Source of the DNA: Paraspadella gotoi
Taxonomy: Eukaryota > Animalia > Chaetognatha
Reading direction: 5' to 3'
DNA length: 64,000 nucleotides
NCBI GenBank assembly: GCA_051294375.1
Contig: CM119270.1
Location: 897,238 to 961,237, forward strand
This document shows positions 52,301 to 61,805 of the stretch, piece after piece. Made by a program: the position numbers and the translations under genes. Within the stretch, counting starts at the first letter, position 1. The number at the start of each line of letters is the position of its first letter. The notes beneath the pieces are model-generated. The model did no database searches, had not been told where the DNA came from, and saw only the letters and a program-made list of their open reading frames with translations.

Positions 52301-55300
52301 GGCGGCGCCGGGCTCTCGCGGGGCCGCTTCGCCGAGCTCGAGAATCTCAAGGAGGTGGAGGAGGAAGAGGACGAGGAGAGAGGGACGAACCGTTTGGCGC
52401 CGCCCGAGCCTCACACCCCGGGCTTCGGACGTCTCAAGGTCGACGATCATTACTCGTCGGCAAGGGCCGATGATCGATCCCACGCGCTTCTGGTGCCGAC
52501 AACGCCGGGAGCGCCGGTTTCCAAACCTCCGGCGCCGGCATTCGTTCCGTTCTCCGATGAAGAAGCGCCGGCCAAGCTAGCGGCGCCGATTTCTGCCATA
52601 TCCCAAGTGCGGCGCCCATTGGGGCCGCTCGCCGATCCGGCGCCGTTTATCGAAGACGAAGAGATGCTGCCGTCGCCCGACTACGACGACGACGAGGATT
52701 ACCTTGGAGACTATCTTCAAGACAAAGAGACGACGAAGAATAATTTGTCAGTTCTTTTCAACGCGGACGCGATACCGAAAGCCGACACAGACGAGTCGGC
52801 CGAGCCCAGTCGAGCGGGGGAGACCGACGAAGAGCCGACAAGTGGCGATGTGCATTCGGTCATGGACACTCACATGCAGGTAAAAAAGAGGAGAGTGCTT
52901 CAGCATTATTATATCGAAAAAGGTTTAGTGTTTCTTTTTTATCCCCCTTTTCCCCATTCGTAACGCTTAGTTCCAAGATCAGGGTTCAGTCAGAGACTGA
53001 ATTTTGTTTTATTACCCTAGTACAGGGTAGTAAATGAGCAACTGAAAAAGCCAAAAAATCAAAAAGTTTGAGTCGGATCTGCCTACGATAATTATTTGGT
53101 CAACTGGCATAATTTGGTTAATTGACGTAATTTGCTCAACTGGCATAATTTGCTTAACTGGCATAATTTTGTCAACTTGTAGAACTTAGTCACTTTAATA
53201 ATTTGGTCAACTGGCATAATTTGTCAACTGGCATAATTTTCTCAATCAATCAGAGAGAGAGAGAGAGAGAGAATTTGTAAAAAATTCAAATAAATGTCTT
53301 TTGGTTTTTCAATTTAAACTCTTTTTCACTCGCCCGATTCCATCGAAACTTTATATCCAGCTCAATCACACACTTTCCTACCCACACACAAAATTTCATT
53401 TTAATCAAACCATCCAATCACGAGTAATTGGAGTTATTATACATGTATTTATTTATTTATTTATCATAATTAGAGGTTCTGATATGATAATAATGATTTA
53501 CCGACAAGATTTTGGGGTGGAACCGACGGATCGACAAAGTGGATTATAGAGTCGGAATCTGCTGATAAGCGGATCGACTAAAAATATGTGAACGTAAACT
53601 GAAAATTATTTCTTTCTTTATTTCCTTCTTTCCTTAAGGCCTACGAGGCGGCGACGTTTAATCTCGATTTGGATCAGACCGTCGCCCTCGGCGATCGTCT
53701 TCCCGAGATCGAATGCACGGTCATGATCGATTCCTCGGACCCCTGGAGCCCCAAGCTCATCGAGAGCATTCTGGCTAAAACGGGCACGCCACTCGAGATC
53801 CGTCAGGGCTACGTGGAGCTGGAAGCGGCGGGGCCGTCGAGAATCGTCGTGGGGAAGACTTACAATTAGAGGAGAAGAATACGTCGTTGAGAAGCAGATC
53901 GGCGAGGGAGGGTGAGGGAGTGAGGATTAGGGAGGGTTGGGATGAGGGAGTGAGGATTAGGGAGTGAGGAATTAGAGGAGGGAGGGTGAGGGAGTAAGGA
54001 TTAGGGAGGAGGGTGAGGGAGTAAGGATTAGGGAGGGAGGGTGGAGGAGTAAGGAATTAGGGAGGGAGTGAGGATTAGGGAGGGGAGGGTAGAGGTAGGG
54101 AGGGTGAGGGAGTAAGGATTAGGGATCGAGGGTGAGGGAGTGAGGATTAGGGAGGGAGGGTGAGGGAGTAAGGATTAGGGATCGAGGGTGAGGGAGTGAG
54201 GCTCTTGAATGCGCTGATAAAGACTTGAAACAGAGTCGAAACATGTCTGTTTTTTATGTCAAATAAAATTGTTGTTGTAACAAAACAAATATTTTTGCTA
54301 ATCTCATAACACAACGAAACGAAAGGATACCATCAAATTCTAATTCTATTTTTTGTTTTCTCTTTCTCTCTTTTGCTTTCTCTTTTTCGTTCTCTACTTC
54401 TTCTCTTCCTCATTATTTTTGTAGTTGTTAGTTTCTTAAACGCTTGTTTGTTAGTCTTTCATAAACTAATGTCTTTTTTAACATTCGTTCCTTCTAATAT
54501 TAATTTTTAAATTTTTTAAAATAATTTTTTTATTTGGTTTTATTCATTTTTTTCATTCATTCGGTTTTATTTTCATTTTGAAGAGACAGTAATTATTGTT
54601 ATGTGTTAATGACAGAACCGTTCAATATAAGCAGTCCCTGAGCTTCGGATCAGGCTGTAACACCATGTTACAGGCAGGTTAAGCGCCCCGTCCCTCTTAA
54701 CTGCCAGACGACCACCGGGCTAGAACCCCGGACCTTTGGGTTGGGAGGCGAATGACTTGCCTCCGGCACCAATGGCCGCTGATGAACGGTTGGTGGATTT
54801 TAGTCCACCATACATCCCCCCCTCCCGTAGGGAGAAGTCTGTTGCGTCTCTTCAGTGAATTGTTGTTGTTGGTGGAAAGTTCGTCACCAAGTTGAGGCAT
54901 GTCGCCTGATGTGTTGTGGGCGGAAAGTGCATCGCCAGGTGAGGCATGTCGCCTGAAAGTGTTGTTGTTGCTGTTGTGTTCGGAAGTCGGGCTCACCAAT
55001 GAAGAGACAGTAATTATTGTTATGTGTTAATGACAGACCGTTCAATATAAGCAGTCCCTGAGCTTCGGATCAGGCTGTAACACCATGTTACAGGCAGCGT
55101 TAAGCGCCCCGTCCCTCTTAACTGCCAGACGACCACCGGGCTAGAACCCGGACCTTTGGGTTGGGAGGCGATATGACTTGCCTCCGGCACCAATGGCCGC
55201 TGATGAACGGTTGGTGGATTTTAGTCCACCATAATTTGCTTTTTTGTTTATTTTAAAAAGGGAAAGAAAAAGAGAGAAAAATTAAAATAAGAGGGATTAT

Positions 55301-57250
55301 TTATTTTTAGCTAAATTGAATATATATTATTGCATGAAAGGGCAAAAAAAAAGAAAGAGGTAAAAGCAAAGGGCGAAAAAAAGGAGAAAAAAGAAAGGGG
55401 GAAAGAAAAAAGGGAAAAGTGAAAAAGAAAAAAAGAAAACAGGAGGAGATAAAATAAAAGGAAGAAAAGAATAAGAGAGAGATTAGGATAGAAAAAAGAA
55501 GAAAATAACAAAAAAAAATTGGAGAAGAGAGAGAGGGGTAAAAATATGGTGAGAAGGGGAGAGGAGAATAAGAGAGAACAGAAAAAAAATAGTTTTTTTT
55601 TTTAAATTAAAGATTTCATACCAAAAAATGAAAAAAAAAACATTTGAAAATTAACCGACATTTAACCGTTAAAATAAAATATATTAACGGTTAAGTTAAA
55701 ATTATTTTTAACCGTTAATAACCGTTAACAGTTAACGGTTATCATGAACACTAGTGAGGATTAGGGAGGGAGGGTGAGGGAGTAAGGATTAGGGAGGGAG
55801 GAGTGAGGATAGGGTAGGGAGGGTGAGGTAGTAAGGTTAGGGAGGTGAGGGTGAGGGAGGTAGTAAGGATTAGGGAGGAGGGTGAGGTATAAGGATTAGG
55901 AGGTGAGGTGAGGTCGGGGGTCACGATTGTGTTTAGTTCAGATCTTCATTCATGAATTGTTGGTTTCTTGGTTAAGTCCGCCATAATGCTGAACTTCATC
56001 GTAATTATTGGTTAATTAACGCTTCCGTATACAAAACGAGTTCATTCCAACATCCATTGTTATAGTTGTCATTATGATTAGTAGTATGTATTTTTTATAC
56101 TCCTTCCAGCTTCGCCAAAGTCTTCGCCGCAGTCCGCGCCTCCACCGGGAAAACCATCTGTCTCAAGTTTCAAAAACCCGCGTGCCCATGGGAGTTTTAC
56201 GTCAGCACAGAGATTCGGCGCAGGTTGAAGAGGAGCGGTCGCTCGTTCCGACGAGACGATTTCATGAACGTGGAGACGGCCTACTTCTCGCCCTCTGCGT
56301 CTTACTGCGTCAACGAGCTCGGCAAAGGTGTTGAGAGAGAGAGTTAGAGAGAGAGAGCTGGGTGGGGGTAAGAACATTAAGTTGAGTCTCTCAGGGTTGA
56401 AGAGTAGCTGAAAGCTTTGAAATGCAGCTCATTCAGTCGTCCACAGAAATATTAGATTCACTAAGTAGTTCGTCGACGCTTTTAAGCTCAAAGTGACTCG
56501 TGCTCAGCGTCAAATTTCCTTTCTCTCCCTCTTTCTTCGGCAGGCACCCTCCTTGAGATGGTCAACGCCTTCAAACGCGACGGCCCGTTCCATGTTCCCG
56601 AATCCTTGGCGCTGCTTCTGACGTTAGACCTCCTCGTCACGGTGGAGCGTCTTCATTCGACTGGCATCATTCACGCCGACGTCAAGCCTGACAATTTCCT
56701 CTTCGTCGCCGACGCACTGCCGACGCCCAAGGCGTTGCGAGACGCGGCGTCGTTGTCATCTCAGAAAAGCCTTGACGACCCCCTCACCGCCCGGCGCTCC
56801 CTCATCAAACTGATTGATTTCGGCCGATGCATCGATTTAACCTCTTTTCCCGCGGGGACGAATTTTATGGCCAAAGTCAAAACGGACGGGTATCAGTGCC
56901 AGGAGATGATCGAGGGTCGACCGTGGACGTTCCAACTCGACCTTTTCGGGCTGGTCTCTTGCGTATATGTCGTCCTTAGGGGCGATTATCCCAAGTGGAA
57001 GCGGAACCAACTCGGTCGCGCCATTTTAACGCCATTGGGGGTCGGGCACGGACAGTTGCGGGGCTACCGGCACCCCAAGGTGTGGCAGACGCTGGAGAGA
57101 ACGCTGATCGGGATCCCTGACTGTGACTTGATTCCAGATTTGAAGCCTTTGATCCAGGAGACGAGAGAGACTCTGGCAGAGATGGTTGATGACTACGAAA
57201 AGAATTACGAGACTTTTTGTCGTCTGCTGAGACAGGCGCGGTTGGTGTAA
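49312..57250 (+). CDS. BUB1: Spindle checkpoint kinase BUB1; exons 49312-50479, 50768-51168, 51322-51532, 51762-52043, 52176-52879, 53639-53911, 56110-56327, 56544-57250; apparent frameshift near 53865
   Basis: TPR (PLEVWWRYILW, LALFYTNWA), GLEBS-like SPEETR, CD1 SPTIN...LFN, internal KEN, ABBA-like FAIFKD, LxxIxE (LLTIYE), and kinase motifs GEGGFAKV, PWEFYV, IIHADVKPDN, LIDFGRCID, CQEMIEGRPWTFQLD. Confidence 0.93.
53089..53240 (+). repeat. 18-bp tandem repeat (ATAATTTGGTCAACTGGC) in BUB1 intron 5
   Basis: Several degenerate units visible. Confidence 0.85.
53912..54201 (+). repeat. G-rich minisatellite (GGGTGAGGGAGT[A/G]AGGATTAGGGA); resumes at about 55754-55915
   Basis: Directly visible. 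It is interrupted by a 1.55-kb composite insertion. Confidence 0.9.
54202..54340 (+). mobile_element. Penelope-like pLTR fragment with a degenerate minimal hammerhead motif (about 54214-54247)
   Basis: CTGATAA-GAC-ttgaaacaga-GTC-GAAACATGTC, followed by aataaaattgttgttg...aacacaacgaa, similar to 47415-47520. Confidence 0.55.
54631..54704 (-). ncRNA. Type-P5 twister-like ribozyme in the 3' LTR
   Basis: GCAGUU AA GAGG GA CGG GGCGCU UAA CCU GC CUGUAAC-AUGGU-GUUACAG CCUGA UCCGAAGC UCAGG GACUGC. P2 is one nucleotide short. Confidence 0.65.
54708..54779 (-). promoter_or_regulatory. 72-nt tRNA-like module (internal Pol III A/B boxes) in the TRIM LTR; second copy at about 55129-55200
   Basis: Acceptor-like stem GCGGCCA/TGGTCGT, A-box-like TGGTGCCGGAGG, and T-arm CCGGG-GTTCTAG-CCCGG. 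No proper anticodon arm. Confidence 0.65.
55051..55125 (-). ncRNA. Type-P5 twister-like ribozyme in the 5' LTR
   Basis: Same fold as 54631-54704, but the P2 strand reads CGCU and pairs imperfectly with GAGG. Confidence 0.6.
55650..55753 (-). mobile_element. Probable DNA-transposon end (hAT-like) with subterminal AACCGTT repeats
   Basis: The minus strand starts TAGTGTTCATGATAACCGTTAAC, with clustered direct and inverted accgttaa/ttaacggt motifs. The G-rich satellite resumes just outside it. Confidence 0.4.
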
Positions 57251-57607
57251 ATGGTTGACCCAATTTTAAATCTTTAAAAAAATATTTTGTTTTTGTTTTT
57301 AAATGTTAAGTTTGACAATTTTAGGGAAATGTTTATATGATTTTATTTTTGGCTATTTGCAATGTTATATTCCAAGTGTCCTTTTTACATTTTATATGGC
57401 AAAGATACTTGAGCGAGGAGATATATGGCAAGGTGGACCGATATGGAATCATCATTCCATAAAGAAATTAAGGATTTTGCTTTTATTTTTGCTACCATCT
57501 GTTCTTTAGAATATCAACCGCCATTATATTCCTTAAGCCTAGCTTTGTATACAAAGGTTAGCTCTCAGTGATTATATTTACAGCCTAAATAATTATTGGT
57601 CAGCCAA

Positions 57608-58774
57608 ATGTCGGCCCCGACCAAGGCCTATGCTTTTCACAAGGCTGCCCTCCGACGGGCACGTGATCTTCCAAAGGTCGGTCTTGACAACCTTTTTTAC
57701 GACCACGAGCGACACCCGCCCAAACGGCCCCTCACTGCGCGAAAGACTAAAAAGTATGGCGGCTTTGGTCACCACGGCGACAAGCACCTTCCCGTTTTGG
57801 GCTGGGAGCACGGAGTGCCACTCCACGAGCGCACTCCTTGCGAGCCTTACAACAAAGACTACTTCAGGCGCCGTGAATATCCTCCATTCTCTCTCCACAA
57901 GCTACAGCGGATGATCGACTTGGGTCGAATCGATCCTACACGTCCCGTCGACCTCGCCGCCCTCTGCAACGCCAGGACGTTTCTCTTAGACGTCGCCAAC
58001 CGTCACTACGGGTTCCAGTTGATGGACGAAGGGGCCGATTGCTTCGTGGCGAAAGTCAATCTCGAGGTTAGAAGATAATTGATATGAAATTGGTACAACC
58101 AATCGTTGATTTAGTAAACCAGCTATCTTGCCCCTGACTTTGGACAATGGACAGGCCTCCATCCCTCTTACAGGATAATAACATAGCAGGACCCTGCAAG
58201 CCTCCACACTAGACTCAACCGGATTCCCTATCAATGAAATGATGTAATATTTCAAAGAATGTTTCAATTATATAATATTGATCTTTTCATAACTACAATT
58301 CATTATCTAATGATGTAAGAAACCATTCTCGACTTAAACACATAATTAATAATTCTTCACTCTTCAACGCAGATATTGTAAAGTTGCATAAGCTAGGAAG
58401 GTAGATTGAGAGAGAGTCACTCATTCGGAATTTAAAGAATAAACAATTTTAAACATTCATGCGTTTCCCGCTCTTACTCGCCACTCTCTTTCTTGCCATT
58501 CTCTTTCTCGCCACTTTCTTTCTCGCCACTCTCTTTCAGGCACTCTTTCTCGCCACTCTCTTTCTCGCCACTCTCTTTCTTGCCACTCGCTTTCTCGCCA
58601 CTCTCTTACTCGCCACTCTCTTACACGCCACTGTTTTTCTTACAGGTGCAGCACGTTGAGAGCGAAGTTGCCATCGCCGCGGTGGAGCGAGCGGGTGGAA
58701 CCCTCACCACCCGATTCTACGATCCACCTTCTCTCTTCGCCCTCAGAGACCCTGAAAAGTTTTTCAGCAAAGGT

Positions 58775-58819
<45 letters not shown>

Positions 58820-59610
58820 TTGTTATCCTTCCTCTTCGTCCTTGAGGCATTCCGATCCCCCGCTGCGCTCTTCCTCCTCAAGACGCCGTCGCGTATTACA
58901 TCGATGCGACGAAAAGGGGATACTTGGCTGACCCAAGGGAGATCGCCGTCGAAAGGTTGTTCTTGTCGTCGTCGTCGTCGTCATCGTCATCGTCGTGTTG
59001 TCTCTAAACGAAAATTATATTGTGTCTCAATAGCACTCACCGTTTTCCAAATAAAAGTAGTTTAAAAAAAAAAATTTATACTGGTCCAAAAGTTATGCCT
59101 TTTTTTATAGGCTTGTTTGTCAGTATAGTTTTATATACCAATGTCGAAAAGAAACTTACAAAAAGAAACACCAACTCGCACCAACTAAAATAAATTACCG
59201 CACCTTTTCTTCATGATAGTTTTTATNNNNNNNNNNATTTATTTAAAATTTATTCCGATAGGTTCTCACAGAATTCATTCGTTAACGGTCTGTATTATTG
59301 AAACGCATTATAATTGACCGGACAATTCCATCCATCGAATTCTAAAAAAAAAAATTCAAATCCTTTCCGTTTATCCTTTATAATTTTTCATCTTTGAATC
59401 TGATTCAGATTGAAACTCTCTCAAAAATTCGGCTACCGTCTGCCAGATCTGGAGGCCGAAAACGACCCGGCCGTCTTGGAAAGGCTCGTGGCCCGCAAGG
59501 ATCCTCGCCAGATCTTCTTCGGCCTGTCGCCCGGTTGGGTCGTAAATCTCAGAGACAAAATCATTTTGAAACCCAAAGACGACGAACTCGTCGAGTTTTA
59601 CGCGTCCTGA
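57608..59610 (+). CDS. MRPL15: Mitochondrial ribosomal protein uL15m; exons 57608-58066, 58646-58772, 58847-58955, 59409-59610
   Basis: LPKVGLDNL, SLHKLQRMIDLGRIDP, EGADCFVAKVNLEVQ, AIAAVER.GG, RGYLADP, RKDPRQIFFGLSPGWVVNL. Confidence 0.96.
58470..58632 (+). repeat. Intronic tandem repeat of about 15 bp (CTCTTTCTCGCCACT)
   Basis: About 10 units immediately upstream of the acceptor at 58645. Confidence 0.9.
59227..59237. other. Assembly gap
   Basis: Run of N. Confidence 0.99.
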
Positions 59611-59887
59611 ATTATTTTGTTTGTTTGCTTAATTTTAAAGTAATACGTTGTTATCCTTCCGAAACGCAGTTGAGATAAGACAAGGTCGTAAACGATGACA
59701 AGATCGAAGATTTTAGAGATTTAGTCGTCACCTTTGAAAACGGATCGCTGATACAAACGATTCGTTTTCGATATATATTATTTCCCTCTCTTATCTTGCG
59801 TTTTAACGAGAAAGAGAGAGATAGAGATCGAGACACTCTCGTCTACTTTAAAAACCAAAACGAAAAACAAAAGAAAAAGACAACAAA

Positions 59888-60969
59888 ATGGAGGAGGACG
59901 TGACGATGGACGACAGTTGCGACGGAACGGACGACGGTCGCCCGCGATACTCGACGCCCGTCGATCACGACGTCGACGACGCCGACGAAACGACGACGAC
60001 AACGATGAACGGCGTCGACGATCAAAACAAAAACTCGTTGGCCAACGCCAACAGCGCCACCGCCGCCGCCGTGGAAAGCGCCATCTTGCGTCCCGGCAAC
60101 ATAATCATGATGACGGTGAGACGGATTTCTCAAATTTCGGGCTCTCTTTTCCGTCAGCGCCCCGTTTCTGTTCGTTTATCCCAGAATTTTATTTTAACCT
60201 AAATGTATTTATTATGATCTTAATTTCCGAGTCTTCCCTTCCCTCTTTTCTTCTCTTAAAAATGCTGACCGTCGAAAAGCTAACGGCGGAGGATTACGAG
60301 AAAGAATATTGGCCCCGACTCGACGAGGCCATTCACCAGCTCCTCGCTCTTATTCCCGGCCAGTACGCCCCCATCTCTTACGAGCAGATGTACAGCTGCG
60401 TGTACAAGTGCGTGTGCAAACAGTTCTCCGAGCGACTCTACGCGGATCTCCTCGCCAAGGTGGCCAGCCACTTGGACCAACTCACCGGAGAGATCGCTTG
60501 CTCCGAGCCCAAGGCCTACATCGAAAAGTTTAACTTTGCCCTGAACCAGTACCTGCAAGCGCTGGGGGGGATCGTCCCCATCTTCAACTACATGAACCGG
60601 TTCTACGTGGAGAGCAAGCTGGGCACGGACCTGCGCAAAGAACTACTGACCCTGTTCAAGACCCGCGTGGTGGACCGACACGCGGCGGAACTGATCCCGT
60701 TGCTCCTGGACGCTCAGTCGAAGCCGTTCATGGTGGCGCCGGCCGTGATGGCCAACGTGGTCAAGCAACTGCACGGACTCTGTCCCGAGTTGGTCAGGTC
60801 TCAGCCGGGTCTCTTCGTCAGGTTCATTCCCAATCTCCTTCCGCCCACGACGGAGGGGGACCTCGAGCGCGTGATCGAGGAGACGCGGAGGATGCAGGAG
60901 GCGCTCGCGCGGGACCCCGACTTTCGATCCGCGGCGCAAGGGGGCGGAGGGAAGCGGGCGTTGGATTAG
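59888..60969 (+). CDS. CACUL1: CDK2-associated cullin-domain protein; exons 59888-60115, 60280-60969
   Basis: EDY...YWPRLD, PISYEQMYSCVYKCVC, YIEKFNFAL.QY, IVPIFNYMNRFYVE.KL, PLLLDAQSKPF, FIPNLLPP. Confidence 0.93.
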
Positions 60970-61805
60970 AGAGAGAGATATATAAAAAACACACTTGACT
61001 TCGGGGAGAATTTTAAATTAATCGGTGGGATGTCGGAAACTTGCCGATTCTATTTATTTCGAGTTAGAAGACTTTTAATATTAGTATAATTTTCTCAAGA
61101 AAAAGAACAGTTTATATTGAGATTTCATGGGGGTTTTTTCCTCAAAGTTTTCGCCATATTTAACGACTTTTTAAGACTTTTTTTCTTTCTTCGTTCTTCC
61201 TTAAAAATCGATTTCCGTGATCTGGACTCATCCAGTTTCGATCGCATCGCGTACAATCTTCTTCATATCGAGCGTCCTTACCCTTTGACCTTACCCCCAC
61301 CTCCCACCCCCCTCACCCATCACCCCGTCCTTCCAATTTATTTTCTCATTAATCTTCCTCGGGTCATTTCATTCGCTGTAGGGAATTTAAATATAGTTTT
61401 AACTAGTCGAAATTTTTTTTTTATTATTAAATCTCTCAGTCATCGCCGCGTTGGTTTTTTGTTAGTTGAGCTTTAGTTTATTCTTCTCCACTTCATTTCC
61501 GATCTTTGGTTTTTTTCATTCGCCGCTAGACGTCGCATCTAGGTTCTGTTTACGTACCATATTTTTTTCTTTTTTTTTAGTAAACGAAAAAAAAAGCAAC
61601 CAAACTTTGTCTCCATTTTTCTTTAATCTTTAATTTTCTCAAGATGAGATTTTTTTTTCTTTCCCCTTTGCCCTCATAACATTTTTCCCCCCCTCCCACC
61701 CTAATCTCCCAATTTTTTGCTTATATTAGATTCGCTCAATATGATAAATAGTGAATTGTTAAGAAACTTAGTTTGCGTCTACTAAATTGATACGATGGGT
61801 CAAAG

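Larger units (their letters stand above)
54579..55233 (-). mobile_element. TRIM (miniature non-autonomous LTR retrotransposon): LTRs 55233-55000 and 54814-54579, PBS 54998-54986, PPT 54826-54815, ATTT target-site duplication
   Basis: Two near-identical direct repeats of about 235 bp. The 3' LTR reads TGTATGG...CTCTTCA on the minus strand; the 5' LTR lacks the outer TG. PBS TGGTGAGCCCGAC resembles the complement of a tRNA-Trp 3' end. PPT GGGAGGGGGGGA abuts the 3' LTR. ATTT lies at 54575-54578 and 55234-55237. Confidence 0.9.

Noticed and set aside
53089-53240. CRISPR-like repeat array
   Set aside because: Head-to-tail repeats without unique spacers, in a eukaryotic intron, with no cas genes.
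53912-54201. Interstitial telomere
   Set aside because: TTAGGG occurs once per longer unit, not as tandem hexamers.
54708-54779. Functional tRNA gene
   Set aside because: No proper D or anticodon arm, and it is duplicated within LTRs; treated as a tRNA-derived promoter module.
59917-60279. N-terminal part of the 350-aa ORF as CACUL1 coding sequence
   Set aside because: It reads through the intron 60116-60279. The spliced model starting at 59888 aligns better with the known protein.
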